Positions 29,192 through 39,211 of a stretch of DNA of 64,000 nt are shown here, in pieces. Under the pieces are notes generated by a model. It had not been told where the DNA came from and searched no databases. It was given only the letters and a program-made list of their open reading frames with translations. This DNA is from Candidatus Margulisiibacteriota bacterium (lineage in GTDB: Bacteria; Margulisbacteria; WOR-1; O2-12-FULL-45-9), in NCBI GenBank assembly GCA_034723395.1, contig JAYEOW010000024.1:1-64000 (forward strand), given 5' to 3'. Made by a program: the position numbers and the translations under genes. Positions within the stretch are counted from its first letter, which is position 1. The number at the start of each line of letters is the position of its first letter.

Positions 29192-31196
29192 TCTTCCCCC
29201 TCCTCTTTTCCCGGATCTCATAGGCTTCTATGCTATCGCCTTTTCTAAATCCAGGGAAACTGGGGATCACGACTCCGCACTCAAAACTCTGATCAACTGA
29301 TTTGACGTCATCCTTAAAACGTTTTAGCGATTCGAGCTTTCCTTCAAACACCTGATCGGCGCCTCTGGAGATACGGACCATCCCTCCCCTAACTAACTTA
29401 CCATCTTTCACAAATGATCCGGCAATAACGCCGACCTTCGATGATTTAAATATAGAACGGACCTCGGCATGGCCAACGACCACCTCTTCGTACTCCGGTT
29501 CGAGCAGCCCCTCCATTGCCAGCTTTACGTCTTCGATCAATTTATAAATAATATTGTAGCGGCGGACCTCGATCCCCTCTTTCTGGGCGACCGCCTCCGC
29601 GCTCCCCTCAAAACCGACATGGAAACCGATCACGATCGCGGACGATGCGCGCGCCAGCATAATGTCCGATTCGGTGATCGGGCCTACGGCGTGATGGATA
29701 ATATTTATATGGATATTCTCAATAACTAATCCGGTCACCGATTGGGAGATAGCATCGATCGATCCCTGGACGTCGGCTTTTAAGATCAGGGCGAGGTCCT
29801 TTTTCTCGCCCTCTTTAACATGTTTGGAGAAGTCTTCCAGAGAGAGGACCTTTCCAGACAATCTCTTTTTCTTTGTTTCCAGTTTCTGCTCGGCCATTTC
29901 ACGGGCCACTTTTTCGGAAGAAACAACTCTTAGCGTATCGCCCGCGCCTGGGACTTCGACACACCCCAAAACCTCGACCGGGGTCGACGGGCCTGCCTTT
30001 TTCATCCGTTCACCCTTATCGTTAAAAAGCGCGCGGACCTTCCCATAAGTGGCGCCGATGTTAAAAACATCACCAATTTTTATGGTACCGTTCTGGATCA
30101 ATACCGAAGCGACCGGGCCACGCCCTTTATCTAACCTGGATTCAATGACCACCCCTGAAACCGTTCCATCCGGATCCGCTTTCAGCTCCTGCATTTCGGC
30201 AACCAATAAGATCATTTCTAAAAGATCGTTAACTCCCTCTCCTTTTAAGGCGGAGGTGTGGACCATAACCGTTTTGCCGCCCCAGTCTTCGGGGACCAAC
30301 TCTAATTCGGATAATTGCTGTTTAACGCGATCGGGATTAGATTCTTCCCGGTCGATCTTATTGATCGCGACAATGATCGGAACCTTGGCCGCTTTGGCGT
30401 GGTCGATCGCTTCTAATGTCTGCGGTTTTACTCCGTCGTCGGCCGCAACCACAAGGATCGCGATATCAGTTACCCTGGCGCCGCGGGCGCGCATCGTAGT
30501 AAAAGCCTCGTGGCCGGGGGTATCAAGGAAAGTTACGTCTTTACCATGTACCTTTACCTGATAAGCTCCGATATGCTGGGTTATCCCTCCCGCTTCACCT
30601 TCGGCAACCCTGGTTTTCCTGATGGCATCGAGCAGTTTTGTCTTACCGTGGTCGACATGCCCCATAACGGTAACGATCGGAGAGCGATGTTTTAAGTTTT
30701 CAGCTTTAACTTTTACCTTACCCTCCGAAACTTTAGCGAAGGAGGATTTCTTGATCGTGATATCTTTTCCGAGGTTACCTGCGATCTCTTTGGCAGTTTC
30801 AGCGTTGATCCGCTGGTTGATATTGGCCATAATTCCCTTCATCATTAATGCCTTGATCAATTCTGAAGGCTTTACTTTTATTTTCTCGGAGAGGTCTTTG
30901 ACCGAAATATCATCGGTCTCGATAACCGGCCCTTTTGGAGCTTCAATTTTCTTCTCTTCTTTTATCGGCTCTTCAACAACTTCTTCTATTACTTCTACTT
31001 GCCCCGAGCTCTGTCGAGGGGCTTCAACTTTTTCTTCGGATGGTTTAACAACTTCTCTAACAACTTTAGCCGATTCTTCATCGATCGATGAAGCCGCGGT
31101 TTTGACTTCGACCCCTAAATCCTTGAGCATTTTTATGAGCTCTTTGGACGCAATTCCAAGCTCTTTTGCTAATGTCCCTACTTTTACTTTTTTCAT
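29166..31196 (-). CDS. infB: translation initiation factor IF-2
   Basis: [22 protein letters not shown]2-N domain; probable ATG at 31196. Confidence 0.97.
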   Translation of the reverse strand: MKKVKVGTLAKELGIASKELIKMLKDLGVEVKTAASSIDEESAKVVREVVKPSEEKVEAPRQSSGQVEVIEEVVEEPIKEEKKIEAPKGPVIETDDISVKDLSEKIKVKPSELIKALMMKGIMANINQRINAETAKEIAGNLGKDITIKKSSFAKVSEGKVKVKAENLKHRSPIVTVMGHVDHGKTKLLDAIRKTRVAEGEAGGITQHIGAYQVKVHGKDVTFLDTPGHEAFTTMRARGARVTDIAILVVAADDGVKPQTLEAIDHAKAAKVPIIVAINKIDREESNPDRVKQQLSELELVPEDWGGKTVMVHTSALKGEGVNDLLEMILLVAEMQELKADPDGTVSGVVIESRLDKGRGPVASVLIQNGTIKIGDVFNIGATYGKVRALFNDKGERMKKAGPSTPVEVLGCVEVPGAGDTLRVVSSEKVAREMAEQKLETKKKRLSGKVLSLEDFSKHVKEGEKKDLALILKADVQGSIDAISQSVTGLVIENIHINIIHHAVGPITESDIMLARASSAIVIGFHVGFEGSAEAVAQKEGIEVRRYNIIYKLIEDVKLAMEGLLEPEYEEVVVGHAEVRSIFKSSKVGVIAGSFVKDGKLVRGGMVRISRGADQVFEGKLESLKRFKDDVKSVDQSFECGVVIPSFPGFRKGDSIEAYEIREKRRGKSEQGRASK
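30721..30745. repeat. palindromic repeat in frame within infB
   Basis: Minus strand CCTCCTTCGCTAAAGTTTCGGAGGG, encoding SSFAKVSEG. Confidence 0.65.
31001..31022. repeat. palindromic repeat in frame within infB
   Basis: Minus strand GCCCCTCGACAGAGCTCGGGGC, encoding APRQSSG; near-identical to the intergenic core CCCCTCGACAAGCTCGGGG. Confidence 0.8.
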
Positions 31197-31210
31197 TTTT
31201 ATTATTATAT

Positions 31211-31316
31211 CCCTCACCCAATATTTTCTCTATCCTCCGGCCATCCAGACCGTCCCTCTCCCTGTGGGAGAGGGAGTGAATGAAAAACCATTAGACAGAT
31301 AGCGCCTGGGTGAGGG
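31211..31316. repeat. ~106 bp element with terminal inverted repeats and central hairpin
   Basis: CCCTCACCCA ... TCCCTCTCCC-TGT-GGGAGAGGGA ... TGGGTGAGGG between nusA and infB. Confidence 0.75.
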
Positions 31317-31325
31317 CTGTAAACC

Positions 31326-32480
31326 CTACCCTTTCAACTTTCCCAAAGCTTCTTCCGGCACAATACTATTTGCCGCTTTGACTTCAAACCCGAGTTCCTT
31401 TAACTTTTCGATCAACTCTTTGCTCTTAATCCCCATTTCTTTTGCAAGAGCACTAACTTTGACCTTTTGTTCTTTCTCTTCTTTTACTTCTTCTATCTTG
31501 GCTTTTGCCTTCACCGGTTTCTTGTCCTTCTCCGAGTCAGGAAGAATATCCAATTTCCATCCGGTAAGCTTTACCGCCAGGCGGACGTTGATCCCTTCCC
31601 GGCCGATCGCTAAAGAAAGCTCTTTATCCGGCACATAGACTTTGGCGGAGGTATCTTCCTCGTTAAGGACGATCTTGCTCGGTTTTGACGGGCTTAAGGC
31701 ATTGTTTATAAAGGCGACTGGATCTTTTTTCCATTCGATAATATCGACCCTCTCCGGCCCTAATTCTCTTACGATATTCTGGATCCGGTTTCCCATATGG
31801 CCGACGCATGTCCCGACCGCTCCGATCTTATTATCGTTTGAATATACTGCTATCTTAGTTCTCTTCCCCGCCTCTCTGGCGATCGCTTTGACCTCCAGCA
31901 CTCCATCTTTTATTTCCGGGACCTCAAGCTCAAAAAGTTTTTTTATTAATCCGGGATGCGATCTGGAAATTACGACGAACGGCCCGCGCGGGGTCTTTTT
32001 TGTTTCGACAATGTAAACTTTCACGCGTTCACGCTCGGAAAGCTGCTCGCCCGGGATCTGTTCCGGCGGAGTTAAGACGGTCTCAATCCGGCCGATGTTC
32101 ACCAGATAGCCGCCGTATTCCCTTCGCTGGACCGTTCCGGTTATCAATTCTCCCTGTTTTTTATCGAACTCACTAAAGGTCATTTCTTTTTCCGCTTCCC
32201 TGATCCTTTGGATGATAACCTGTTTTGCGGTTTGAGCGGCTAATCTGCCGAAATCTTTGGGGGTAACATCCTGCTTCTTTTTCCCTTCCTTGTGGATTAT
32301 CCTCACTTCTCCGTCATCTTTTATCTCCACTTCAAGGTTTTCTTCTTCCTCACCCCTGAAACGTTTTTTGGCAGCAGATAGTAAAGATACTTTTATAGCA
32401 TCAACGAGGACATCCTTGTTGATTCCCCGTTCTTTTTGGATTTCCTCCAACATCTCAGAAAATCGCTCTATTTTCATCAA
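31326..32480 (-). CDS. nusA: transcription termination/antitermination factor NusA with C-terminal IF2-N-like domain
   Basis: FGRLAAQTAKQVIIQRIREAE, S1 and KH domains, SLAIGREGINVRLA. Confidence 0.96.
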   Translation of the reverse strand: MMKIERFSEMLEEIQKERGINKDVLVDAIKVSLLSAAKKRFRGEEEENLEVEIKDDGEVRIIHKEGKKKQDVTPKDFGRLAAQTAKQVIIQRIREAEKEMTFSEFDKKQGELITGTVQRREYGGYLVNIGRIETVLTPPEQIPGEQLSERERVKVYIVETKKTPRGPFVVISRSHPGLIKKLFELEVPEIKDGVLEVKAIAREAGKRTKIAVYSNDNKIGAVGTCVGHMGNRIQNIVRELGPERVDIIEWKKDPVAFINNALSPSKPSKIVLNEEDTSAKVYVPDKELSLAIGREGINVRLAVKLTGWKLDILPDSEKDKKPVKAKAKIEEVKEEKEQKVKVSALAKEMGIKSKELIEKLKELGFEVKAANSIVPEEALGKLKG

Positions 32481-32502
32481 AACTCCCTTGCCCCAAGGCT
32501 TA

Positions 32503-32538
32503 TTAAAAAGACAAAAGTGGGAACTACGCCCACTTTTG
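32503..32538 (-). terminator. leader terminator / attenuator hairpin of rimP-leader type
   Basis: CAAAAGTGGG-N7-CCCACTTTTG followed by TCTTTTT, between the promoter and nusA. Confidence 0.7.
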
Positions 32539-32550
32539 CTTATCGTTCAG

Positions 32551-32579
32551 ATTATACAGCCGGTGGCTGTACTTGTCAA
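32551..32579 (-). promoter_or_regulatory. consensus sigma70 promoter for the nusA operon
   Basis: TTGACA-N17-TATAAT. Confidence 0.85.
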
Positions 32580-32586
32580 ACCTAGG

Positions 32587-34239
32587 CTACATCATTCCGC
32601 CCATTCCACCCATGCCTCCCATACCGCCTGGCGGCATTGCCGGAGCAGCCTTTTCTTTATCAGGCTTTTCGGCAATTAATGCCTCAGTGGTAAGGAGCAG
32701 TGATGCGATAGAAGCGGCATTCTGCAGCGCGGATCGGGTGACCTTTAAAGGATCGACAATGCCAAACTTGAACATGTCGCCATACTCAAAGTTCTGGGCA
32801 TTGAATCCGCTGCCATCCGTCTCTTTCTTGACATTTTCTACAACGACCGAGCCTTCCATGCCAGCGTTGGTGGCGATCTGCTTCAACGGCTCTTCCAGGG
32901 AGCGTCGAACGATCGATATCCCTACTCTTTCATCACCCTGGGTCCCGGCTTCAAGCTTCTCCAACATTGGTAAAATTCTTACAAAGCTCGATCCGCCTCC
33001 GGCGATGATCCCTTCCTCAACCGCAGCCCTGGTAGCAGAAAGGGCATCTTCGATCCGATGCTTCTTCTCTTTGAGCTCCGTCTCGGTCGGCGCGCCAGCT
33101 TTAATTACGGCAACTCCGCCGGAAAGCTTTGCTAATCTCTCCTGGAGTTTTTCTTTATCGTAAGAAGAATCAGAAACCTCGATCTCTTTCTTGATCTGCG
33201 CAATGCGGGATTTTAATGAATCTTCCCGACCGGCGCCTTCAATGATCGTGGTATCTTCTTTCTTGACGATGATCTTTTTGGCCTTTCCGAGCCAATTGTC
33301 TTGAATCCCTTCGAGGGTCAACCCTTTATCTTCGGATACGACCTCTCCTCCGGTGACAACTGCGATATCTTCGAGCATGGCTTTTCTTCGGTCGCCAAAG
33401 CCCGGGGCTTTAACCGCAACCGCGTTCAAGGTTCCGCGAAGCTTATTAACAACCAGGGTTGCTAATGCTTCTCCCTCGATATCATCAGCGAGGATGAGCA
33501 GAGGTTTGTTTAACTGGACAGTTTTTTCTAGGGTCGGAAGGAGATCTTTAACCGCTGAGATTTTCTTATCAGTGATCAAGATCATTGCGTCTTCCAGCAC
33601 ACATTCCATTCTTTCACGGTCAGTGACCATGTAGGGAGAAGCGTAGCCTTTATCAAACTGCATTCCTTCGACAACTTCAAGAGAATTATCAATTCCCTTT
33701 GATTCTTCAACCGTGATAACCCCGTCTTTACCGACTTTTTCCATCGCGTCGGCGATCAGGTCCCCGATCTCAGAATCGTTGTTGGCAGAGATAGAAGCGA
33801 CCTGCGCGATTGCCTCTTTACTCTCTACCGGCCGGCTGAGCTTTTTTAGCTCTCCAACCGCAAGCTCAACTGCCTTGTTGATCCCGCGCTTTAATCCCAT
33901 CGGATTAATGCCGGAAACTACTGCTTTGAGCCCTTCTTTAAAAATGATCTGACCTAAAACGGTCGCGGTGGTAGTTCCATCCCCCGCGATATCGTTGGTC
34001 TTGGAAGCGATCTCTTTTAAAAGTTGTGCTCCCATATTTTCAAACGGATCTTCTAGATCTATCTCCTTGGCAATGGTGACACCATCATTGGTGATGGTTG
34101 GAGATCCCCATTTTTTCTCGAGTACCACGTTCTTACCGCGCGGCCCCAGAGTTATTTTTACGGCGCTGGCTATTTTAGAGACCCCTTTTTCCATCGATCT
34201 CCAAGCGTCATCGCCGAATTTCATTTCTTTACCTGGCAT
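32587..34239 (-). CDS. groL: chaperonin GroEL
   Basis: [23 protein letters not shown] tail. Confidence 0.99.
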   Translation of the reverse strand: MPGKEMKFGDDAWRSMEKGVSKIASAVKITLGPRGKNVVLEKKWGSPTITNDGVTIAKEIDLEDPFENMGAQLLKEIASKTNDIAGDGTTTATVLGQIIFKEGLKAVVSGINPMGLKRGINKAVELAVGELKKLSRPVESKEAIAQVASISANNDSEIGDLIADAMEKVGKDGVITVEESKGIDNSLEVVEGMQFDKGYASPYMVTDRERMECVLEDAMILITDKKISAVKDLLPTLEKTVQLNKPLLILADDIEGEALATLVVNKLRGTLNAVAVKAPGFGDRRKAMLEDIAVVTGGEVVSEDKGLTLEGIQDNWLGKAKKIIVKKEDTTIIEGAGREDSLKSRIAQIKKEIEVSDSSYDKEKLQERLAKLSGGVAVIKAGAPTETELKEKKHRIEDALSATRAAVEEGIIAGGGSSFVRILPMLEKLEAGTQGDERVGISIVRRSLEEPLKQIATNAGMEGSVVVENVKKETDGSGFNAQNFEYGDMFKFGIVDPLKVTRSALQNAASIASLLLTTEALIAEKPDKEKAAPAMPPGGMGGMGGMGGMM

Positions 34240-34256
34240 ATCTAACCTCCTTAATT

Positions 34257-34553
34257 TTAGCTTTTAATCGCTAATATATCTCTTTCTTGTAAAATTACGT
34301 ACTCTTCACCTTCGATCTTGACCTCGGTCCCGCCGTATTTGCTGTAGATCACCTTGTCTCCAATCTTTACCTCTAAAGCGATCTTCTGTCCGTTATCCAA
34401 TACGCGGCCGGAACCAACGGCAACTATTGCGCCCTCTGAAGGTTTTTCCTTTGCGCTATCAGGAAGTACTATTCCTGATTTAGTTTTCTCTTCTGAAGGG
34501 GCTTGTTTTACAACCACTCTGTCTCCAAGCGGTTTTAGAATCTTATCTACCAT
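34257..34553 (-). CDS. groS: co-chaperonin GroES
   Basis: [36 protein letters not shown]. Confidence 0.98.
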   Translation of the reverse strand: MVDKILKPLGDRVVVKQAPSEEKTKSGIVLPDSAKEKPSEGAIVAVGSGRVLDNGQKIALEVKIGDKVIYSKYGGTEVKIEGEEYVILQERDILAIKS

Positions 34554-34580
34554 TTATTTCACCTCCTGAAATCCGTGTTG

Positions 34581-34607
34581 TTAGCACTCTAACTGCGTGA
34601 GTGCCAA
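34581..34607. promoter_or_regulatory. CIRCE (HrcA operator)
   Basis: TTAGCACTC-N9-GAGTGCCAA, one mismatch to consensus. Confidence 0.92.
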
Positions 34608-34635
34608 TTGTAGCATGGGGGTTAAAAGTTGTCAA
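34607..34635 (-). promoter_or_regulatory. sigmaA promoter of groESL
   Basis: TTGACA-N17-TACAAT with TGn extension, abutting CIRCE. Confidence 0.8.
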
Positions 34636-34652
34636 TAGTTTTAAGGTTCCTC

Positions 34653-34669
34653 AGCAAAAAGTGTGCCAA
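34653..34669 (-). promoter_or_regulatory. sigma54-type -24/-12 promoter facing groES
   Basis: TTGGCACACTTTTTGCT = TGGCAC-N5-TTGC. Confidence 0.6.
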
Positions 34670-34859
34670 CTATACAAGGGGGTTCGGTGTAACCCCACAA
34701 TGAATTGTGGGGAATTTCTCTCTATTATGATTACGGAGAACAGATATTCCACACATTTTAATGTGTGGTTTCAAGTCTATGTTTTGTAGGCACCAAATTA
34801 TTAGAAAGGTTAGTAACAGTTTTGCCTGAAATAAAAAGTACATGTTTTTCTTTTAGTTT

Positions 34860-34876
34860 TTGGCACACTTTTTGCT
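34860..34876 (+). promoter_or_regulatory. sigma54-type -24/-12 promoter facing right, identical to the left copy
   Basis: TTGGCACACTTTTTGCT. Confidence 0.55.
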
Positions 34877-34910
34877 ATAGACCCGGACATATTTGCAGTG
34901 CCATTGCAAA

Positions 34911-35954
34911 TTATACATCTCTCGAAGAATATACCTTAACCCGAAGGAGAAATGCCCAGGCAAATGCGGTCATGATTGCAAGAATAAGCAATAATGATAT
35001 GAATTGCTGAAAATTGGCGTTGATCATCGATAATGCGATCGCCCCCAGGATCATCTGTACCGCATAGAGGGTTAAAACGGTCATCTTCTGCGAAAAACCC
35101 ATCAGATGAATGCGATGGTGCGAATGGTCCTTGCCCGCCGTGCTCATTTTAATGTGATGCAGAAAACGGTTTACAAACACGAAACAGGTATCGAAGATCG
35201 GTATTCCAAGGATGATCAGCGGCACAACAAACGATATGAATTGAACTCTCGGGATATTCAAGATCAACGCGATGTTCCAGAGTTTAAATATATTTAGTTT
35301 TAGACTTATGACCGCCAGCAGAAATCCCATCAAGGTAGATCCTCCCTCGCCTAAAAAGATAGATGCGGGATTAAAATTATATCGTAAAAATCCTAACGAA
35401 GCGCCAGCTAGGGCTAATGCAATTAATGCCAGACTGGGCTGGTTATTGTTCATCGCCAGTATACATAAGAATATCGAAGCAATAAAACCGACGCCAGTTA
35501 CCAACCCATCCATTCCATCCAGCATATTCATCGAATTGGTCATAAAGGTTATAAAACAGGCTACGAGGACCCAATTAATAATATCGATCCTGAATAGATT
35601 AAATGATATACCAGTTACCAATACAAATATAAAAGAGAAGGCCAAATGAGACCAGATCTTATAACGGGCACGGACCTTTATCCCGGCATCGTCTAAGAGA
35701 CCAAATAAAATAAAAAGCAGACCGATTCCGGCAATGCCTAAAAGTTCTCGAACATCGGCCCCAGAGAGCCAGAAAGATCCGATAAAAGCAAAATAGATCG
35801 CGATTCCCCCGGTCAGAGGGATTGGCTTATCATGGATTTTACGTTCGCCGGGTTTATCGAGGATGTTAAATTTAACCGCTAGCTGTTTTGCGATCGGAGT
35901 AAAAAGCAAAGAAAAAATAAGGCCGATGGTAAAAACAACAAAATAACTAATCAT
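34911..35954 (-). CDS. WecA/TagO (MraY-like) undecaprenyl-phosphate HexNAc-1-phosphate transferase
   Basis: DKPGERKIH..PIP..GG, GLLDD, NSMNMLDGMDGL, NFNPASIFLG, HSHHR. Confidence 0.92.
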   Translation of the reverse strand: MISYFVVFTIGLIFSLLFTPIAKQLAVKFNILDKPGERKIHDKPIPLTGGIAIYFAFIGSFWLSGADVRELLGIAGIGLLFILFGLLDDAGIKVRARYKIWSHLAFSFIFVLVTGISFNLFRIDIINWVLVACFITFMTNSMNMLDGMDGLVTGVGFIASIFLCILAMNNNQPSLALIALALAGASLGFLRYNFNPASIFLGEGGSTLMGFLLAVISLKLNIFKLWNIALILNIPRVQFISFVVPLIILGIPIFDTCFVFVNRFLHHIKMSTAGKDHSHHRIHLMGFSQKMTVLTLYAVQMILGAIALSMINANFQQFISLLLILAIMTAFAWAFLLRVKVYSSRDV

Positions 35955-37086
35955 TCGTGACTATATTCTCCCAAAGGTGGCTTAATTTGGCCGTGCCGGT
36001 AATTAATTTAACTACCCTATGCGATACATTATCGATCTCATATTCAAAAGGGATCTTATGCTGTTTGGTATTATTCCACTCGGAAGTGACCAGATCAACC
36101 GAATTATTTATCGTTGCCGGGTCCAGTCCGGTTAAAATTATGTTTCCAGAATCGATCGATTCTGGACGCTCGGTAGTGTTGCGGATCGTGACCGCCGGGA
36201 ACGAAAGGATCGATGACTCTTCGCTGATCGTACCGCTATCGGAGATAACGCAAAAGGCGTTCATCTGCAAGTGGACATAATCGAGAAAGCCGAACGGTTT
36301 TAAGAACTTGATCTTGGGATCTATTTTGATCCCTTTTATCTTCTCCAATTGTTTTCTTGTTCTCGGGTGAGTTGAGACAATGATCGGCATTTTATACTCT
36401 TTGGCGAGCTTGTTTAAAGCGGTAAGCAGCGAAAGCAGGTTTTTCTTTAGGTCAATGTTCTCTTCACGGTGCATACTTACCAGCATATACTGTTTTGGTT
36501 TTAATTTAAGCTTATTTATGATTTTAGAAGCTTTGATCTTATCCAAATTCGCTACCAGGACCTCTTTCATCGGTGACCCGGTCAGGTATATCTGCCGTGG
36601 ATGGATCCCTTCCGCCAATAAATTTCTTCTCGCATGCTCGGTGTATACCAGATTAAAATCGCTGATATGATCGATGATCCGCCGGTTGATCTCTTCGGGC
36701 ACATTGAAATCAAAACATCGATTGCCTGCTTCCATATGATAGATCGGGATCTTCATCCTCTTGGCAATGATCCCGCCGATCGAGCTGTTCGTATCCCCCA
36801 GGATCAGGACCGCGTCCGGTTTTTCTTTAACTAAGACTTTTTCAACCTCTATGATTATATTCCCATACGCCTTACCGAGAGATGAGCAATCTACGCCAAG
36901 AAAATAATCCGGTTTTCTAACATTTAAATCCTTAAAGAAGATTTCGTTTAGCTCATAATCGTAATTCTGTCCGGTATGGACAATAACCTGGTTCATGTAT
37001 TGATCGACCAGCGCCATTACCTGCGAAAGGCGGATGATCTCCGGACGAGTACCCAAGATAGTCATTACTTTTAATTTATTTTTCAA
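35947..37086 (-). CDS. UDP-HexNAc 2-epimerase (FnlC/WbjD/CapG type)
   Basis: GTRPEIIRLS, HTGQNYDYEL, HMEAGNRCFD..VPEEINR. Confidence 0.9.
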   Translation of the reverse strand: MKNKLKVMTILGTRPEIIRLSQVMALVDQYMNQVIVHTGQNYDYELNEIFFKDLNVRKPDYFLGVDCSSLGKAYGNIIIEVEKVLVKEKPDAVLILGDTNSSIGGIIAKRMKIPIYHMEAGNRCFDFNVPEEINRRIIDHISDFNLVYTEHARRNLLAEGIHPRQIYLTGSPMKEVLVANLDKIKASKIINKLKLKPKQYMLVSMHREENIDLKKNLLSLLTALNKLAKEYKMPIIVSTHPRTRKQLEKIKGIKIDPKIKFLKPFGFLDYVHLQMNAFCVISDSGTISEESSILSFPAVTIRNTTERPESIDSGNIILTGLDPATINNSVDLVTSEWNNTKQHKIPFEYEIDNVSHRVVKLITGTAKLSHLWENIVTND

Positions 37087-38210
37087 GATTTAAATACCTC
37101 CTCGGGATATGTATCCTTATCATTTGGATCGTAGAGCTCATTGCACCAAAAAAGCGTATAAAGATCATTCTTACCAACGTTTTCAATATGGTGGGTATGG
37201 AAGATCGGAATGTCAACAAATGCCGGCCTCCCCGACTTGATCTTGAATTCCTTGATCTCCTTGGTCCCGACCCTTCTCATCCGGATAACCGCATCGCCTT
37301 CGATAACACAGAATTTCTCCGCTTTCCTTATATGGTAATGGTTTCCCCGGATATGTCCAGGTTTTGTTTTGGAGAAAAACACCTGTCCGCCCTGGGCCAG
37401 CTTTAGTATCTCAAAAAGCTCCCCACGCTGGTCGCTATGAACCTGCGGATTATGGTTGAGTTTTTCATACTCTAAATAAGAGAGGAAAACATTATACAAA
37501 TTTACCAAAAAAGGATCGTTAAGTTTTGGAATAATCCCATTCATGAAATAAGATTCTTTAAATTGCTCTAATATCTCCAGCAATTCAGAAACCTTTATTT
37601 TCTTTGTCCCTTTAATCCTAAGATTATCAACTCCCTTAGGAGAAGATAGGACTATTTCATAAATAGTTTCTGTCAGATCATTGATATAGATAAATTCCAC
37701 TTCGCGGTCGGCTAGTATTTTTGGCTCTTCGCCGCGGGTTAATTGATAACAAAATGTGGCAACCACCGAATTATAGAAAGGCCGTCCGCGATCGCCAAAA
37801 ACATTAGGGATAATTAGATTGGCCAGTGAAGCATTGTTCTTTTTCGCCCATTTTTCAAATATCGAACATGAGTCCTTTTTTGACCGGCCAAAAGCAGAAT
37901 CAGTTGAGCTCAAAATCGAAGAGGCAAATACCAAATTTATTTTCTTCCCACTTTTCTCTATCGCTTTTACTAAGGTATTTGCCAGATCGATATTTGTCTT
38001 ATAAATATCATCCTCATCGCCTCGGTTCATCCCCGCTAACTGGACAATACAATCACATTTTTTTACCGAGTTGAGTAATTCTGACGGTTGTTTAAATGAA
38101 GCATCTTCGATCGGAATAGCTGTAATATTATTATCACGGGAGAGACGTTCCAGCAGATGCGAGCCGATAAATCCGGAATAACCGGTTACCCCGATAATTT
38201 TTTTACTCAT
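37083..38210 (-). CDS. NAD-dependent epimerase/reductase with cupin domain (FnlB/WbjC/CapF type)
   Basis: GYSGFIG, PNVFG..RPFYNSVVATFC, RGNHYH..K.EKF. Confidence 0.88.
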   Translation of the reverse strand: MSKKIIGVTGYSGFIGSHLLERLSRDNNITAIPIEDASFKQPSELLNSVKKCDCIVQLAGMNRGDEDDIYKTNIDLANTLVKAIEKSGKKINLVFASSILSSTDSAFGRSKKDSCSIFEKWAKKNNASLANLIIPNVFGDRGRPFYNSVVATFCYQLTRGEEPKILADREVEFIYINDLTETIYEIVLSSPKGVDNLRIKGTKKIKVSELLEILEQFKESYFMNGIIPKLNDPFLVNLYNVFLSYLEYEKLNHNPQVHSDQRGELFEILKLAQGGQVFFSKTKPGHIRGNHYHIRKAEKFCVIEGDAVIRMRRVGTKEIKEFKIKSGRPAFVDIPIFHTHHIENVGKNDLYTLFWCNELYDPNDKDTYPEEVFKS

Positions 38211-39211
38211 GAGAGATCGTTCTGTATTTCGGGCAGTGAAAGAAGGAGCTTTTCCATTTCAGGGATACTGAGACGTTGGGTGTTTGAAGAATTATACCCC
38301 TCTTTAGGGATCTTTCCCTCTTGGCCTTTGGTAAAAAATTTATCATAATCAATTTTTCGATCACCTTTAATCCGATAAAATTTATCAAATTCTTCGGAAG
38401 CAAAAAGTTCTTCCTGGGTAACAAGGGTCTCATGCATCTTTTCCCCTTCACGGATACCGACTTCTTTAATTTCATTATCTACTTTAAATATATTTGTCAC
38501 CGCTTTGGCCAGATCACCCATCGTAGCAGCTCCCGCTTTTCGTACAAAAATATCACCGTTCACTGCCTTATCCATAGCAAAAATAACTAGCTCCACAGCA
38601 ACCGATAGCGGCAGTAAAAATCTTGTCATGTCCGCATTGGTTACGGTCAGCGGTTTGCCCGATTTTGCCTGTTTTACAAACAGCGGAATAACTGACCCCC
38701 TTGAGTACATAACATTGCCGTAGCGGACCCCGCAAAACGTTGTTTTTGAATGTGCATTATACGAGCGGGCGATCATCAGCTTTTCCATGACCGCTTTGCT
38801 CATCCCCATCGCGTTTATCGGATAAACCGCTTTGTCGGTGCTTAAAACAACAACTTTATTTACTTCGTTGTATTCGGCAGCATCCATTACGTTGTTGGCG
38901 CCTAAAATATTTGTTTTAACGGCTTCAATCGGGAAAAATTCACAAGAAGGAACCTGCTTTAATGCCGCAGCATGAAAAACGTAGTCTACCCCTTTCATTG
39001 CACTAAAGATCGAATCCCGGTCTCGAATATCCCCAACCACGAATTTGAGCACCGGGTTATTAAGAGTAATCCGCATATCGTGTTGTTTTTTCTCATCCCG
39101 GCTAAATATAATGATCTGTTTGGGGGAATACTTCTCTAAGATCGCATGAAAGAAGGCATTACCAAAAGAGCCGGTTCCGCCCGTTACCATTATCGTTTTT
39201 TCATGAAACAT
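38207..39211 (-). CDS. UDP-GlcNAc 4,6-dehydratase/epimerase (FnlA/WbjB/CapE type)
   Basis: TGGTGSFG, SRDEKKQ, AALKQVPSCEFFP, YPINAMGMSKA, RYGNVMYSRGSVIP. Confidence 0.92.
   Translation of the reverse strand: MFHEKTIMVTGGTGSFGNAFFHAILEKYSPKQIIIFSRDEKKQHDMRITLNNPVLKFVVGDIRDRDSIFSAMKGVDYVFHAAALKQVPSCEFFPIEAVKTNILGANNVMDAAEYNEVNKVVVLSTDKAVYPINAMGMSKAVMEKLMIARSYNAHSKTTFCGVRYGNVMYSRGSVIPLFVKQAKSGKPLTVTNADMTRFLLPLSVAVELVIFAMDKAVNGDIFVRKAGAATMGDLAKAVTNIFKVDNEIKEVGIREGEKMHETLVTQEELFASEEFDKFYRIKGDRKIDYDKFFTKGQEGKIPKEGYNSSNTQRLSIPEMEKLLLSLPEIQNDLS

Noticed and set aside
32590..32635. 9-bp periodic repeat at the groEL end
   Set aside because: Ordinary GGM tail of GroEL.
32573..33163. 196-aa plus-strand ORF, and many similar ORFs opposite purB, secA, infB and the glycan genes
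   Set aside because: Antisense shadows of well-supported genes, with no recognisable motifs or initiation signals.
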